Source of the DNA: Eledone cirrhosa
Taxonomy: Eukaryota
Assembly: GCA_964016885.1 (NCBI GenBank)
Contig: OZ024747.1
Location: 45,694,001 to 45,758,000 of the forward strand
Direction: 5' to 3'
Length of the DNA: 64,000 nucleotides
This document shows positions 1 through 13,056 of the stretch, one piece after another. The translations under genes and the position numbers were made by a program. The first letter of the stretch is position 1; each line of letters opens with the position of its first letter. A model generated the notes under the pieces. It worked only from the letters and a program-made list of their open reading frames with translations, was not told the origin of the DNA and ran no database searches.

Positions 1-327
1 AATTGATGAGGTGTATGTGCTAATATTACAAATATTAGAGGTCGAGACTATAGAAACCGGGTATATTATTTTATATTGAGTTTGAATACTAAAAATTAGA
101 TTAAGAAGTGTAAAAATGTATTAATAAAATAAAATAAAATAAAATAAAATAAAATTAAATTAAATTTAAAATAATTATAATAATTATTAAAAAAGTTTTT
201 TTTTAAATAAAATTAAATTAAATTAAATAAAATAAAATTAAATAAGATAGAATAGAATAAAAAATAAAAATAGGAATAGTCTATCTGTCAAAATTAAAAA
301 TTACTATTAAAAATGTATATATGTGGG

Positions 328-434
328 AATCCCGCCGAGGTTAACTTTGCCTTTAATCCTTACGGGGTCGATAAAATAAAGTACCAGTAATGTACTGGGT
401 ATTTGCTGGCCTTGTGCCTAAAGTAGAAACAATT
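328..434 (+). mobile_element. tRNA-derived SINE, 5'-truncated copy
   Basis: Matches the reverse complement of the SINE family at 9757, 21317, 33961 and 40719 (AATCCCGCCGAGGTTAACTTTGCC...GGGGTCGATAAAATAAAGTACCAG...GTAGAAACAATT). Confidence 0.8.
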
Positions 435-798
435 ATTTTATATCAACAAGTAAATAAAGGAAATTGCTAGAAAGGTTTATAAACGTGGAAAGATATATGA
501 CGTCATAGTTTGTTTACAAAATCTACGAAGGTTTGAACGCAAATTTAAGGCAATAGAGGAAAAAAGGTGAAAGGCTTTAAAATGCAGAGAAAATGGAATT
601 AATACATTGTGGAATATAATGAAATATGTGAGAAAAAATGTGTGAAAAGATATATGTGTAAAAGATTAACCGTTATTCGTGGAATATGTTATAGGACGTT
701 AGCTGTATACTTTGTGAAAGGCCTTAACAGATTTATGATTACAAAGACCAAATAAGTCTTGTTCACAAGTGTTTTTAGGCCTCATATCATGTTACATT

Positions 799-866
799 AT
801 TTTATCTGATGAGAACACAATGTTTGTCACAGGATGATGTTGTTTTCGAAATGCGCATAATAAAAT
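799..866 (+). ncRNA. Type I hammerhead ribozyme
   Basis: Stem I ATTTTAT / CTGATGA (806) / stem II GAACAC...TGTTTTC / GAAA (848) / palindromic stem III ATGCGCAT / A / ATAAAAT. Predicted AUA cleavage. Confidence 0.8.
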
Positions 867-955
867 ATATGGAACTTTTTTAACCATCTTTTAATTTCTT
901 CTTTATATATATATAGGTATATGCGTGTGTGTGTGTATATATGTATATATATATT

Positions 956-1013
<58 letters not shown>

Positions 1014-1052
1014 TATATATATATATATACACACACATATATATATATATAT

Positions 1053-2509
1053 TAGAATATAAATATTAATAAAATAGATGTTCTTTTGATCAATTACATT
1101 TTATTATACATATTTCGGATGTACAACAGTACGTCCTCATCAGACAAAATATAATGATCCATGACATACCCTGAGATGTTAAATGGTTAAGATTTAATCA
1201 AGGTAGTGATTAACCTAAGAGAAAATTTAACATTTATACCCTAATAATGAGAAAATGCGAACACGTAATAAATTCAATAGAGAATGTGTGAGTAAGAAAA
1301 ACGTTGCTTAATGTACCAGTTATAGAGATTTTAATATGTATGATACTACAATTTATCTAGGAAAGCATTTCATGAATTATAACAGTCAGTGAGAGAAGGG
1401 GGTAATGTATGCAGAAGGAGATTTTTTTCCGAAAGTTAAACGGTTAAGTTTGAAAATATTTAATTTATGTTATCTTAGGGTGAAGAATCAATATTTTTTT
1501 TTTTTTTTTTTTAATTGGTGGTTATTTATATATTAGTTTTGTAAATTTTATAAGTGTGTTAACATTTCTAAGCTTCTGAATTTTTTGAGGATAACATTTA
1601 AAGGATTTAGCTGGCCATTAATAAGAAAAGTTTACACTGTTGAATATTTTCCTAAAATGAAGATAATCATTGTAAACGTATTAGGTATGTAAAACTTTTG
1701 AAGTACTTATTGTTAGAAATATTTAAATAACGGTTATGTATATAGATATATATTAATTAATTAATGAGCCAGTATATTTTAGGTAAATGATGACGAAAAT
1801 AAAAATAAAATAATAGATTGAGGCATGTTAAAGTTAAATATATACCTATATATAACAGAGTGTGAATGTATTAATTATTCCCAGCCCAAAGTAAAAACGA
1901 TCAAACAATTTAGAAGTTAACTGAAAATGATGTATAGAAAGATTCAGGGAGTTATATATGGATATATATTAGGTATTAGTGATACAGTATCCTTTAGGTA
2001 AATGATAACGGTTATAATTTTATATAATAAAGTTCTACGTGTTAATGTTAAATACATATAGATATATAAGAAAAACAATAATAAATGCATGGATAATTCC
2101 TAGTTCAAAATAATGTTTATAATAATTCATAATTTCGATATTTGCTCTATATATGAATCATGGATATAAGAATGCGGTAGGTATATTTAAAAACATAGAA
2201 AATATAATTACATACATATTATAAATAAGAGATCAGAAACGCATGAAAAATTCACAGTTATAAATAAGTTCAGTAAAGATGTAAGGGTTAGATACAAAGC
2301 TCAGATTTAAAACTTAAGTAGGAAGGTAAGGATAGAGAAATAAAGAAATAACGGTATGGATTAAAGTTAACAGAATAATGTTATGTGTATCAATGTTCCG
2401 GCATGTTATTGAACAAGTGTCTTTCATTCGAGCGTTATTTCTTCTATAGATAGTTATAAGATAGTGCAATATTAAAGGCCACTAAAGTTTTTCCTTTTTG
2501 ATTTTATAC
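1053..2509 (-). repeat. Left arm of a ~1.46-kb inverted repeat (Penelope pLTR/3' UTR)
   Basis: Reverse complement of 4073-5560 with scattered substitutions and small indels. Confidence 0.95.
1093..1155 (-). ncRNA. Type I hammerhead ribozyme in Penelope pLTR
   Basis: Minus strand reads ATTATATTTTGT-CTGATGA-GGACGTAC TGTT GTACATCC-GAAA-TATGTA-TA-ATAAAATGTAAT, giving a 12-bp stem I. Confidence 0.88.
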
Positions 2510-2523
2510 GTACAACCAGGTTT

Positions 2524-3740
2524 TTAATGGTTTAATGTTTCTCTCTCTTTTTTTCTCGTTTTGTGGGAGGCTAAGAATGTGGACGTAGCTTTATGGAGGC
2601 AACTAGAGAATAATTCACTTTTTTTGTTAATTAGGGTCTCGTAGTTATTAATAATCAACAGGGTCTCCATTGTACAGAGTGCGCAGTTATTTGATATACT
2701 AGAGTTGTGGTAAACTCCACAGTTCTGAAGTTTTGTCCAAAGAATGGAGTATTTTAATTTCTTCTCTTTTAATGACCATATGAGCTGTGATAAAGACGTG
2801 GATGATTTCCTCTTTGAGTTCGAGAATGAGCATTTATGGTTCGCAAATCTGGCTTTAAATGTGGAAGAAGTCGATCCTATGTAGTTGTATGTGTTGTGAT
2901 CAGTTTTTACGGTGCATTTATAAACCAAATTACTATCTAGACAATTATTTTGCAAAGGGCAATCAGTTTTATTTCTACAATTACATTTAGGTTTAGTATC
3001 ATTTATGTTAACTCTATTATTAATATCATTATGCTGGTTTTTGTTTTAAGATTTTAGTGTTTAATTTGGCGATGTTTTGGGCCATGTTACTGGTTGTAGA
3101 ATACGAGAATTTAATGGTATGTCTATTAAAAATGGAATGGTATTTATGTTAAGTAGGGAAAGAGTTGTCAAGAGCTTTAAAGAATAATTTTGCGATTGGT
3201 GTCTTAACTGCGACAGAAGCAGGGGGGGGGGGGGACGATATGACTGGTTTAGTTCTAGTTCTTATCCTCGATTTATTTGGCGTATGGATGTTTGAATTAT
3301 AATTAATAGAGTTTCTCTTATATATGTTATTATTTTTATTAAGATTTCTACTTGGATTATTATTATCTACATATTCTATGTTATTCGTATATCCTGCTCT
3401 TTTTAACGCGTTGTTGTAGTATTCAACGTTTTCATCGAATATATGTTTATTGGCTGATATTTTATTAATTCGTTTTTGCACACTATTTACTATAGCTTTT
3501 TTTTTTACAGATTTAGGGTGATTGGAATGGTTACTAACATAGTTTAAGTTTTCATTGGGCTTATGAAAAGGGTAATAGAAGCCAGTGTTTAAGTTAAAGG
3601 TAACGTCTAGGAAATTAACTATTTTGGTACCATTTTCTACTTCTAATTTAAAGTCGTACATTTTAAAGAATTCTATTATACTTTTCTTTACTCTATTTAG
3701 TTATATATTGTTGTGTTTGACCACCGTAAATAAAATGTCG
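2524..3740 (-). mobile_element. Penelope-like retroelement (Naiad-type), 5'-truncated and frameshifted: RT C-terminus, Cys linker and GIY-YIG endonuclease
   Basis: ORF 3149-3661 has FLDVTFNLNTGFYYPFHKP...YVSNHSNHP. Linker CNCRNKTDCPLQNNC. ORF 2524-2955 has LVYKC...YIGST...FKARFANHK...CALC..E...LINKKSELFSSCLH. Confidence 0.88.
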
Positions 3741-3848
3741 TAATTACCGGCAGTTTTCTATTTATCATATTTATTATGAAAATTAAATACACATTGCTCC
3801 CAACTGGTTGAGCGCTTTTCTATACAATAGATTGCATATTCAATAAAT

Positions 3849-3978
3849 ATGGATTTCTTAAACTTCCCGACTTCCCTCAAAGATATACCCATACCTTCAA
3901 ATGAAGAATACATGAGGAAAACTATTGAACAGACAATAAACTTCTGGAGGTTTTTTAAAATGAAATGCTCGGTATAAT
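3849..3978 (+). pseudogene. N-terminal remnant of a Penelope/Naiad ORF on the opposite strand
   Basis: Translates MDFLNFPTSLKDIPIPSNEEYMRKTIEQTINFWRFFKMK, resembling the S(L/M)KNIPIP...Y...IE...F N-terminus of Naiad-type ORFs (recalled, not searched). Confidence 0.6.
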
Positions 3979-4072
3979 AAAAAAAATTAAATTTAGTAAA
4001 ATCCCATATATAGGCCACCAATACCTTAGAACTCAAAAAGAAAAAGTCACTGAAATAAAAAATGTTAACAAA

Positions 4073-5560
4073 GTATAAAATCAACAGGGAAAAACTTTAG
4101 TGGCCTTTAATATTGCACTATCTTATAACTATCTATAGAAGAAATAACGCTCGAATGAAAGACACTTGTTCAATAACATGCCGGAACATTGATACACATA
4201 ACATTATTCTGTTAACTTTAATCCATACCATTATTTTTTATTTCTCTATCCTTATCTTCTTATCTAAGTTTTTAATTTGAGCTTTATATCCAACCCTTAC
4301 ATCTTTACTGAATTTATTTATAACTGTGAATTTTTCATGCGTTTCTGATCTCTTATTTATAATATGTATGTAATTATATTTTCTACGTTTTTAAATATTC
4401 CTACCGCATCCATGATTCAAATATAGAGCAAATATCCAAATTATAAATTATTATAAATATTATTTTGAACTATGAATTATCCATGCATTTATTATTGTTT
4501 TTCTCATATATATATGTATATAACTTTAACACGTAGAACTTTATTATATAAAATTATAACCATTTTCATTTACCTAAAGTATACTGTATCACTAATACCT
4601 AATATATATCCATATATAACTCCCTGAATCTTTCTATACATAATTTTCAGTTAACTTCTAAATTTTTTGATCGTTTTTACTTTGAGCTGGGAATAATTAA
4701 TACATATACACACGGTTATATATGGGTATATATTTAACTTTAACATGCCTCAATCTATTATTTTATTTTTATTTTCGTCATCATTTACCTAAACTATACT
4801 GGCTCATTAATTAATTAATATATATCTATATACATAACCGTTATTTAAATATTTCTAACAATAAGTACTTCAAAAGCTTTACATACCTAATACGTTTACA
4901 ATGATTATCTTCATTAAAGATTACATTTAGGAAAATATTCAACAGTGTAAAATTTTCTTATTAATGGCCAGATAAATCCTTTAAATGTTATCCTCAAAAA
5001 ATTCAGAAGCTTCGAAATGTTAACACACTTATAAAATTCACAAAACTAATATATAAATAACCACCAATTTAAAAAAAAAACCCTAAAATCTTGATTCTTC
5101 ATCCTAAGATAAAATAAATTAAATATTTTCAAACTTAACCTTCGGAATATTTTCAAACTTAACTTTCGGAAAAAAATCTCCTTCCGCATACATTACCCCC
5201 CTCATCTCTCCCTCTCTTTTCCACTGACTGTTTTAATACATGAAATGCTTTCCTAGATAAATTGTAGTATCATACATATTAAAATCTCGATAATTGGTAC
5301 ATTAAGCAACGTTTTTCTTACTCACACATTGTCTATTGAATTTATTACGTTTTCGCATTTTCTCATTATTAGGGTATAAATGTTAAATTTTCTCTTAGGT
5401 TAATCACTACCTTGATTAAATCTTAACCATTTAACATCTCAGGGTATGTCATGTATCATTATATTTTGTCTGATGAGGACGTACTGTTGTACATCCGAAA
5501 TGTGTATAATAAAATGTAATTGATCAAAAGAACATCTATTTTATTAATATTTATATTCTA
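4073..5560 (+). repeat. Right arm of the inverted repeat (Penelope pLTR/3' UTR); family sequence continues to about 5657
   Basis: Reverse complement of 1053-2509. Confidence 0.95.
5458..5520 (+). ncRNA. Type I hammerhead ribozyme in Penelope pLTR
   Basis: ATTATATTTTGT-CTGATGA(5470)-GGACGTACTGTTGTACATCC-GAAA-TGTGTA-TA-ATAAAATGTAAT. Confidence 0.88.
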
Positions 5561-5657
5561 TTATTAATAACTGGAAAAATTATTTTCGTAGAGTGCTTCC
5601 AATCTACTGCAAAACTCATTCTTTGATATACTCATTGAATTTTGTTTAACTCTTCAG

Positions 5658-5706
<49 letters not shown>

Positions 5707-5989
5707 CTGTGTGTTTCTAAATATATTAATAACTCCCTCTGGTCGAGCAATCTTTGAAGTGTGGGGACAACTGGAAAGCTTCCATTACTCATACTTCTCG
5801 CCTTCTTCACTACCTCTTCTACGGCCTCGATATGAATACCCCCTCCGCCTCCGTGGTATTTTCTTCGTGGTTATAGGAGGCTTAGCTCTGTTTCTCGACC
5901 GTTATATCGCGTGACTATCTCCCCCTCCGCCTTTTGGGATTCTTTCTCACGTCGTGTAGACGCGTTCTTGAGACTAGTAAAATGAGGTA

Positions 5990-6077
5990 TCCTCTTGATA
6001 AGTCGGCAGACCTCGCAAGGACTCTATATCTTTGATATATTGTTTTTGTTTATGCCACGAAACTACGTAGTCGAGGA
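5990..6077 (+). ncRNA. Type I hammerhead ribozyme, U3-A8 core variant
   Basis: TCCTC-TTGATAA-GTCGGCA...TGCCAC-GAAA-CTACGTAG-TC-GAGGA. Palindromic stem III; GUC site ending at 6072. Confidence 0.85.
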
Positions 6078-6580
6078 ATTTAGGAACAGTTTAGGTATGA
6101 TACATTTTATTACTAATTATATCTAAATGTTTCTTCTCTCTTCATAATGTATTTTTAACTCTGATACTGGTTCAGTCTAGTTCGAACTGAATTGGTCTGC
6201 CCCAGTCATTCATTGAGCAACATCGGTGAAGTTGGCACCCTTAACTCACAGTTGGGTGCGGATGCATTCATGTATATATGTGTGTGTCCGCATGTATCTG
6301 TGTGTTTCTAAATATATTAATAACTCCCTCTGGTCGAGCAATCTTTGAAGTGTGGGGACAACTGGAAAGCTTCCATTACTCATACTTCTCGCCTTCTTCA
6401 CTACCTCTTCTACGGCCTCGATATGAATACCCCCTCCGCCTCCGTGGTATTTTCTTCGTGGTTATAGGAGGCTTAGCTCTGTTTCTCGACCGTTATATCG
6501 CGTGACTATCTCCTCCTCCGCCTTTTGGGATTCTTTCTCACGTCGTGTAGACGCGTTCTTGAGACTAGTAAAATGAGGTA

Positions 6581-6668
6581 TCCTCTTGATAAGTCGGCAG
6601 ACCTCGCAAGGACTCTATATCTTTGATATATTGTTTTTGTTTATGCCACGAAACTACGTAGTCGAGGA
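6581..6668 (+). ncRNA. Type I hammerhead ribozyme, U3-A8 core variant (second copy)
   Basis: Identical to 5990-6077; GUC site ending at 6663. Confidence 0.85.
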
Positions 6669-6735
6669 ATTTAGGAACAGTTTAGGTATGATACATTTTA
6701 TTACTAATTATATCTAAATGTTTCTTCTCTCTTCA

Positions 6736-6820
<85 letters not shown>

Positions 6821-7847
6821 GAACTTAAAAGAAAAATACACAAAGTACATTATAATCTTGCATCACGTTCTTCACACATCTGTATTTAATTGATTACAAT
6901 TTTTTTGTATATCCTTCCTGAAAAAACAATATATATTCTAGACAAAATATAACCTCCTTGGAGAAGGTGCTGGTTAATTTATGTTTTAATTAAATTATTG
7001 GGTTTGTATTGAAGTATAGTGTTGTGTTTTATATTGTATAAAATGATCAATATTTTCTACTATAATTAAGTGTTCATATTGAAAAGTGTTGAGATCATAT
7101 ATGTGTCCTATGTAAATTTTCTGTAGGTGGCCGTTTGGTCTGCTAGAAATAGCAAGCAAATATTCCAGAAATACTCTACCATTAAATAAATCGAATAGGC
7201 TATGTAGCCGATAAACCCTAAAGTAACGCAAGACACATCACTAGAGCGTTTCACCATCCCCTTCGTTCTGTTGTATCTGTTTATGTATTTACGTGTAGAT
7301 GCGTGTGTATGTAACTAAAGTATAACGTATGTTATGAGTGGATGACTAAATGAATTTAACTTTTTTTTAACAATTTATGGTGGAAAAGATTTCAAATTGT
7401 TTTAACAATTGTCTAAAGTCGGTCCGCAACTCCTGGTGTCTGACACTTTTACCGGCTATAAAGCCTTTTCCTAAATAAATAAAGCCTAGAAAAGCTAATC
7501 CATTTGCTTCTGCAGGTTTGATTATCTTATTTGAATACAGAGTCTGTGCTAGTGTATGTTGATCGAAAGCAGCATATCGAGTTGTATCCATTTATGTAGA
7601 AAATGAAATATATTCTTTTGAAACATAGAAATCAATGAAATAAATACTATAGATGATATGATCGACTTAAAACTATTGGTGACAATGTCTCAGCCTGACA
7701 AGTGTTCAAAGGAGAAAAACCAATAAAAGTGTGTGAAAAGATATACACCAACCCGGCAAGTTTGTACTATATGGAAATAAGCCATCCGCAAAATGCTTCT
7801 TTTTTTTTTTTTTTGCGCATCCCAAGCAAGGTAATGATTCGTCTAAA

Positions 7848-9197
<1,350 letters not shown>

Positions 9198-9756
9198 ATG
9201 TATGTATGTATGTATGTATGCATGTATATATATATATATATTTATATATGTATAAATATATATTTCTTTTTTTAAATCATACACAAATTTATTTCATAAA
9301 TTTGGGTTAGATAAACATTTGAGCAGTACTTTATAGTTGTTTTAAAAATGTTGTTTACCTATAGAATAGATGTTAATACCTTTTATATGGTACTATAATT
9401 GTTAACAGTTTAGGATTTGTAATCTTGTAGCAATGTTCATAAAGTAACTATCACAATGATTAGGTTCACTGGGAAAATGTAGTAAATTGAAGACAAAACA
9501 AAAGAACAGTAACAGAATTAACCTTCATTGATAAGAGTTTTAGTAATCTTTAACAATATTCTGTATATGATATTGTAATTGATTAAATTATACTTACAAA
9601 TTCAAGGAAAATAAATGAAAAATGAGACTTGATAAATATTCATGTATTCTCATTTGATTTTTCTACTGGGTTCCTATCACATGAGATAAAAAAAATAACT
9701 GCATTGTCATATAGACATCTTGGATAAAACTCTGAGCTTCGCAACATAGTAATAAT

Positions 9757-9943
9757 AATTGTTTCTACTTTTGGCACAAGGCCAGCAATTACCCCAGTGT
9801 ATTACTGGTGCTTTATTTATCGACCCTGTAAGGATGAAAAGCAAAGCTAACCTCGGCGGTATTTCAACTCAGAACGTAAAGGGCCGTAAGTCTATGCGCC
9901 AAAGCATATTTTCTGACGCTCAACCGATACTGCCAATCCACCT
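9757..9943 (-). mobile_element. tRNA-derived SINE
   Basis: Minus strand has box A-like TGGCAGTATCGG and box B-like GAGTTGAAATAC, the shared body and an (ATT)n tail. Confidence 0.85.
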
Positions 9944-9979
9944 ATTCTGCCAAACCATTATTGACAATAATGATTTCAT

Positions 9980-10860
9980 TTATTAGCCACATATAGGGGA
10001 CAATACAAAGACAGGGACCGTGGGCGTTTACTATAAAATCGAGTAAAAATGCACAATAACAAAAACAATTATCAATGAAAATATATAAAAATATAAAATA
10101 TACAAAAAATGTGACAAAATAAATTCCCCAGTTGGGGGTGGGGGGCAGACTAACCAGTTGTGACTCAGGTACCCTACCAATCCTGAAACACCCGTCGTTT
10201 CGAATGCACCGGGTAAGGGGGGCTCTCTCCTCCACAAATTAACCAGCCTACAGGCGCATACTCAGAATAGGCCCATTAATGCTTTCTTTATTGACCACAA
10301 GGGATTAAAAAAAAAATACATTATGGACAGTATAGGACGGTTCAGGACGATACAGATATGGGTGTCTGCGTGTACAACAACAAATAACAAAAACAAAGGG
10401 TCTACCAAAAATCGAGACAAAGGAAAATTCCACAACAGGGGGCAGACCTCCGAGAGTCACTCATGAAGAAAGACCACAAAGGGTCACAGTGACCCTGACC
10501 ACCAGGGCAAGTGCCCTCTCTCATTTCTCCACCTCCAATTTTCAGCCGCATACTCAGAGCAGCCCATTCACGAGGGCCATGCACGCCTCTCTCACCCATC
10601 TTTTAACAAATTGCTGAGAATGGAGCATATCCCTGTCCACCCTGATTTTCCTTTTCAAATGAAATTTGAAAAAAAGTTAATCAGGGCTTCGCCGAAGAGG
10701 TAAGTGTTTGTCTTCAGCCTTTTCAAACGTGTCCACCACATGACCACATGACCGCTTTCGCTATGGCCACCAAGCAGATAAAACCTACCTGCCCTTCCCG
10801 GATAAAGGAAGGCAGCGTGACTATCTTAACGGCGGACTCAGAGGATCAGGGTAGTACTTG
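9980..10860 (-). mobile_element. Two decayed 3' fragments of Tx1-like LINEs (9980-10265 and 10282-10860)
   Basis: 3' ends (TGTGGCTAATAAATGAAA; TGTGGTCAATAAAGAAA) resemble those at 16900 and 36553. Region 10690-10800 resembles the ORF2 C-terminal AK..WWTRLK segment. Confidence 0.65.
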
Positions 10861-11699
10861 CTGCAGGATGAGATAACAAGCTAAAGTTGCAGAGCTCGCG
10901 GTCAGAATTTTACCATTTAAATACATATATACTTGTTTTACTTCAATAATGTTAACTGCATGTTTATGTTCAGAGCATTCGCAAAATGTATTTCATGTTC
11001 AAATACAAAGATACAACAATATTAACGAAAGAAACAAAGTATCAAGGCGAGAAAAAAATATATATTAACGCGGCTGAAAAATTTATACTATAAACATACA
11101 ATAAACATTGTATAAAGTTCGTGTTTCTACTTAATGCAATAGAAAAACAGATCTGGCAGAAATGATAGAAGACTAAAAGTAGAAACAAAAAGGAAAAGGA
11201 AAAAAATAACAATATGTGATAATTTTAGAAACTTCCCTTTGAAATTCTATGGAAATCTTTCTTTTGAAAATTACATCACAGAAATTTTATTTTATGCATT
11301 CTGTAACAAAGAAAATCATTTATTTTATTTAAACTGTGTTTGCTTTGTGATAATATTAAAACATTTTCACCTAAGCGACGATAATAACGAAGCTGATTTC
11401 TGAGGTTGCCACGCTTGTAAGTAGGCGTGAAGATAAAAATAAGCCAACATTATTTCAAGTGTTACCACAAGTTACCCTCTATCTCTAAATATTGCTGGAA
11501 AGAACAGTGGCAAATCTATCTGGGTTAAATAATATGTCTGCGCGAATAATATATCGTTGGCTATTGCTATAATATAGAACTCGGGCAAGAAGCGTCATTC
11601 AATTCTACCTTGGCACAGCTTACAATTTCCGTGAAGCGAACATTTATACGAGTTCATACAATTATATATGCATTTAGCATTGGCATTTCTATCATTTGT

Positions 11700-12460
11700 A
11701 GATATTTTACATTAATGGAATTGATAAAATGGTTGAAATCTTTGCACCATCTTTAGGAAAATTTAATAGAATTCCTATTAAAGATGTTATAATATCAATA
11801 TTCTCTAGTATGAGACTAAGTTATTGATAGTACACCAAAGAATTTTGCTTGCTTGTTCTCTTTCTACGTCTAGGAGCTAAACATTTGAGTATTTATTCTA
11901 TTCTATAAGAAAATTCATTGTGGTTAAATGTCTCATTATAGAACAGCGAAGATGTAGTAAAAGAAGCTACATATGGTGATAAGGATATTTGTCTACTAAC
12001 GTATGGAGGGAAATTGTTTGATATAACATCGAGTGCGTTTGATGAGGAGCGAATGTGTAATATTACAAGGAGTACTATGAGATGTTAGAAACCTGTTAAT
12101 ACAAAATAACTGTTCTTTAGTCTCATGCAAAGGGACACATTTATTAGCGTTTGAATCTACTGTTATGTCTAGAAAATTAACTTTTGCAAAGTTACTATCG
12201 ATTGGAATTTTTATATTCGATGCATTAGAAAATAACATATTTTCTAAATATGCCATTCGCATTCAAACGAAATAATCAATCCACTGTCATGTTATTTCTC
12301 CCTGTCCAACATCGGGAAGTGATTAAAAAATATATCTAAGTCATATAAAATAATAATTTCACACATATCCTCATCATCAAACGTACTCGTAGTTATATCA
12401 AGCAAATTTTCTGTCATTTCTTTTACCTAAGCCCCATTTTCGAAGATATCAAAAAACGAG
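11700..12460 (-). mobile_element. Highly decayed Penelope-like RT fragment
   Basis: ORF 11996-12262 has KVNFLDITVD...PLH...SH, homologous to KIVNFLDVTFN...PFHKP...SNHP of the 3149-3661 ORF. Confidence 0.55.
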
Positions 12461-12559
12461 AGAGGGGGAGGGAGAAATAGGGATATGTGCTTTATTGATA
12501 TTGTTCCTTTTGTCCGAAGAGGGATATATTGGTATATATATACATAAATAGATAACTAT

Positions 12560-13000
12560 AGATTGGCACTCAGATAGATAGACAGGTAAACAAAAGGAGG
12601 GATGATGAGGTAGGTAGGTGAGTTGAGGGATAAATATATAGTTAGATAGATAAACAGAAGTTTTAGTGTTTACGTGAATAGATAGGTAGACAGATAGGTG
12701 GATAGATGAAAAGCTAAACTGAGTGATATGTATATAGACATATAGATAGACAGATAGATAGTTAGATAGACAAATAGGTAGATAGACATATAGATAGATA
12801 GTTAGTTAGATAGACAGATAGATAGACAAATACACAAATAGGTAGATATGCTGGGAGGTAGATAAACAGGAATGCAGATAGACAGACAGTGACATATATA
12901 AATAAATAAACAGATATCTTTATTTATTTTCATTTATTTATTTATTTTTTATTAATGTATATATAAATAAACAGATAGATAAATAAATAGACAGACAGAC

Positions 13001-13052
<52 letters not shown>
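12560..13052. repeat. Degenerate (GATA/GACA)n followed by (GA)n
   Basis: Read directly from the sequence. Confidence 0.9.

Positions 13053-13056
<4 letters not shown>

Larger units (their letters stand above)
5704..6739 (+). mobile_element. Non-coding partial tandem (591-bp unit) with two hammerheads; retrozyme-like or non-autonomous PLE
   Basis: 5704-6148 is near-identical to 6295-6739, with a 146-bp spacer. Flanked by (TA)n on both sides; one HHR per copy. Confidence 0.85.

Noticed and set aside
2380-2990. Selenoprotein-type Naiad (UGA-Sec plus SECIS)
   Set aside because: The linker and nuclease cysteines I read are TGT/TGC. The AUGA...AA...GA candidate near 4155-4195 has too short a 3' helix arm.
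5642-6505. Duplicated 75-90 aa ORFs
   Set aside because: Incidental frames in the tandem HHR unit, starting in microsatellite; no recognisable domain.
9880-9943. tRNA-like box A/B sequences
   Set aside because: These are SINE heads; no complete cloverleaf.
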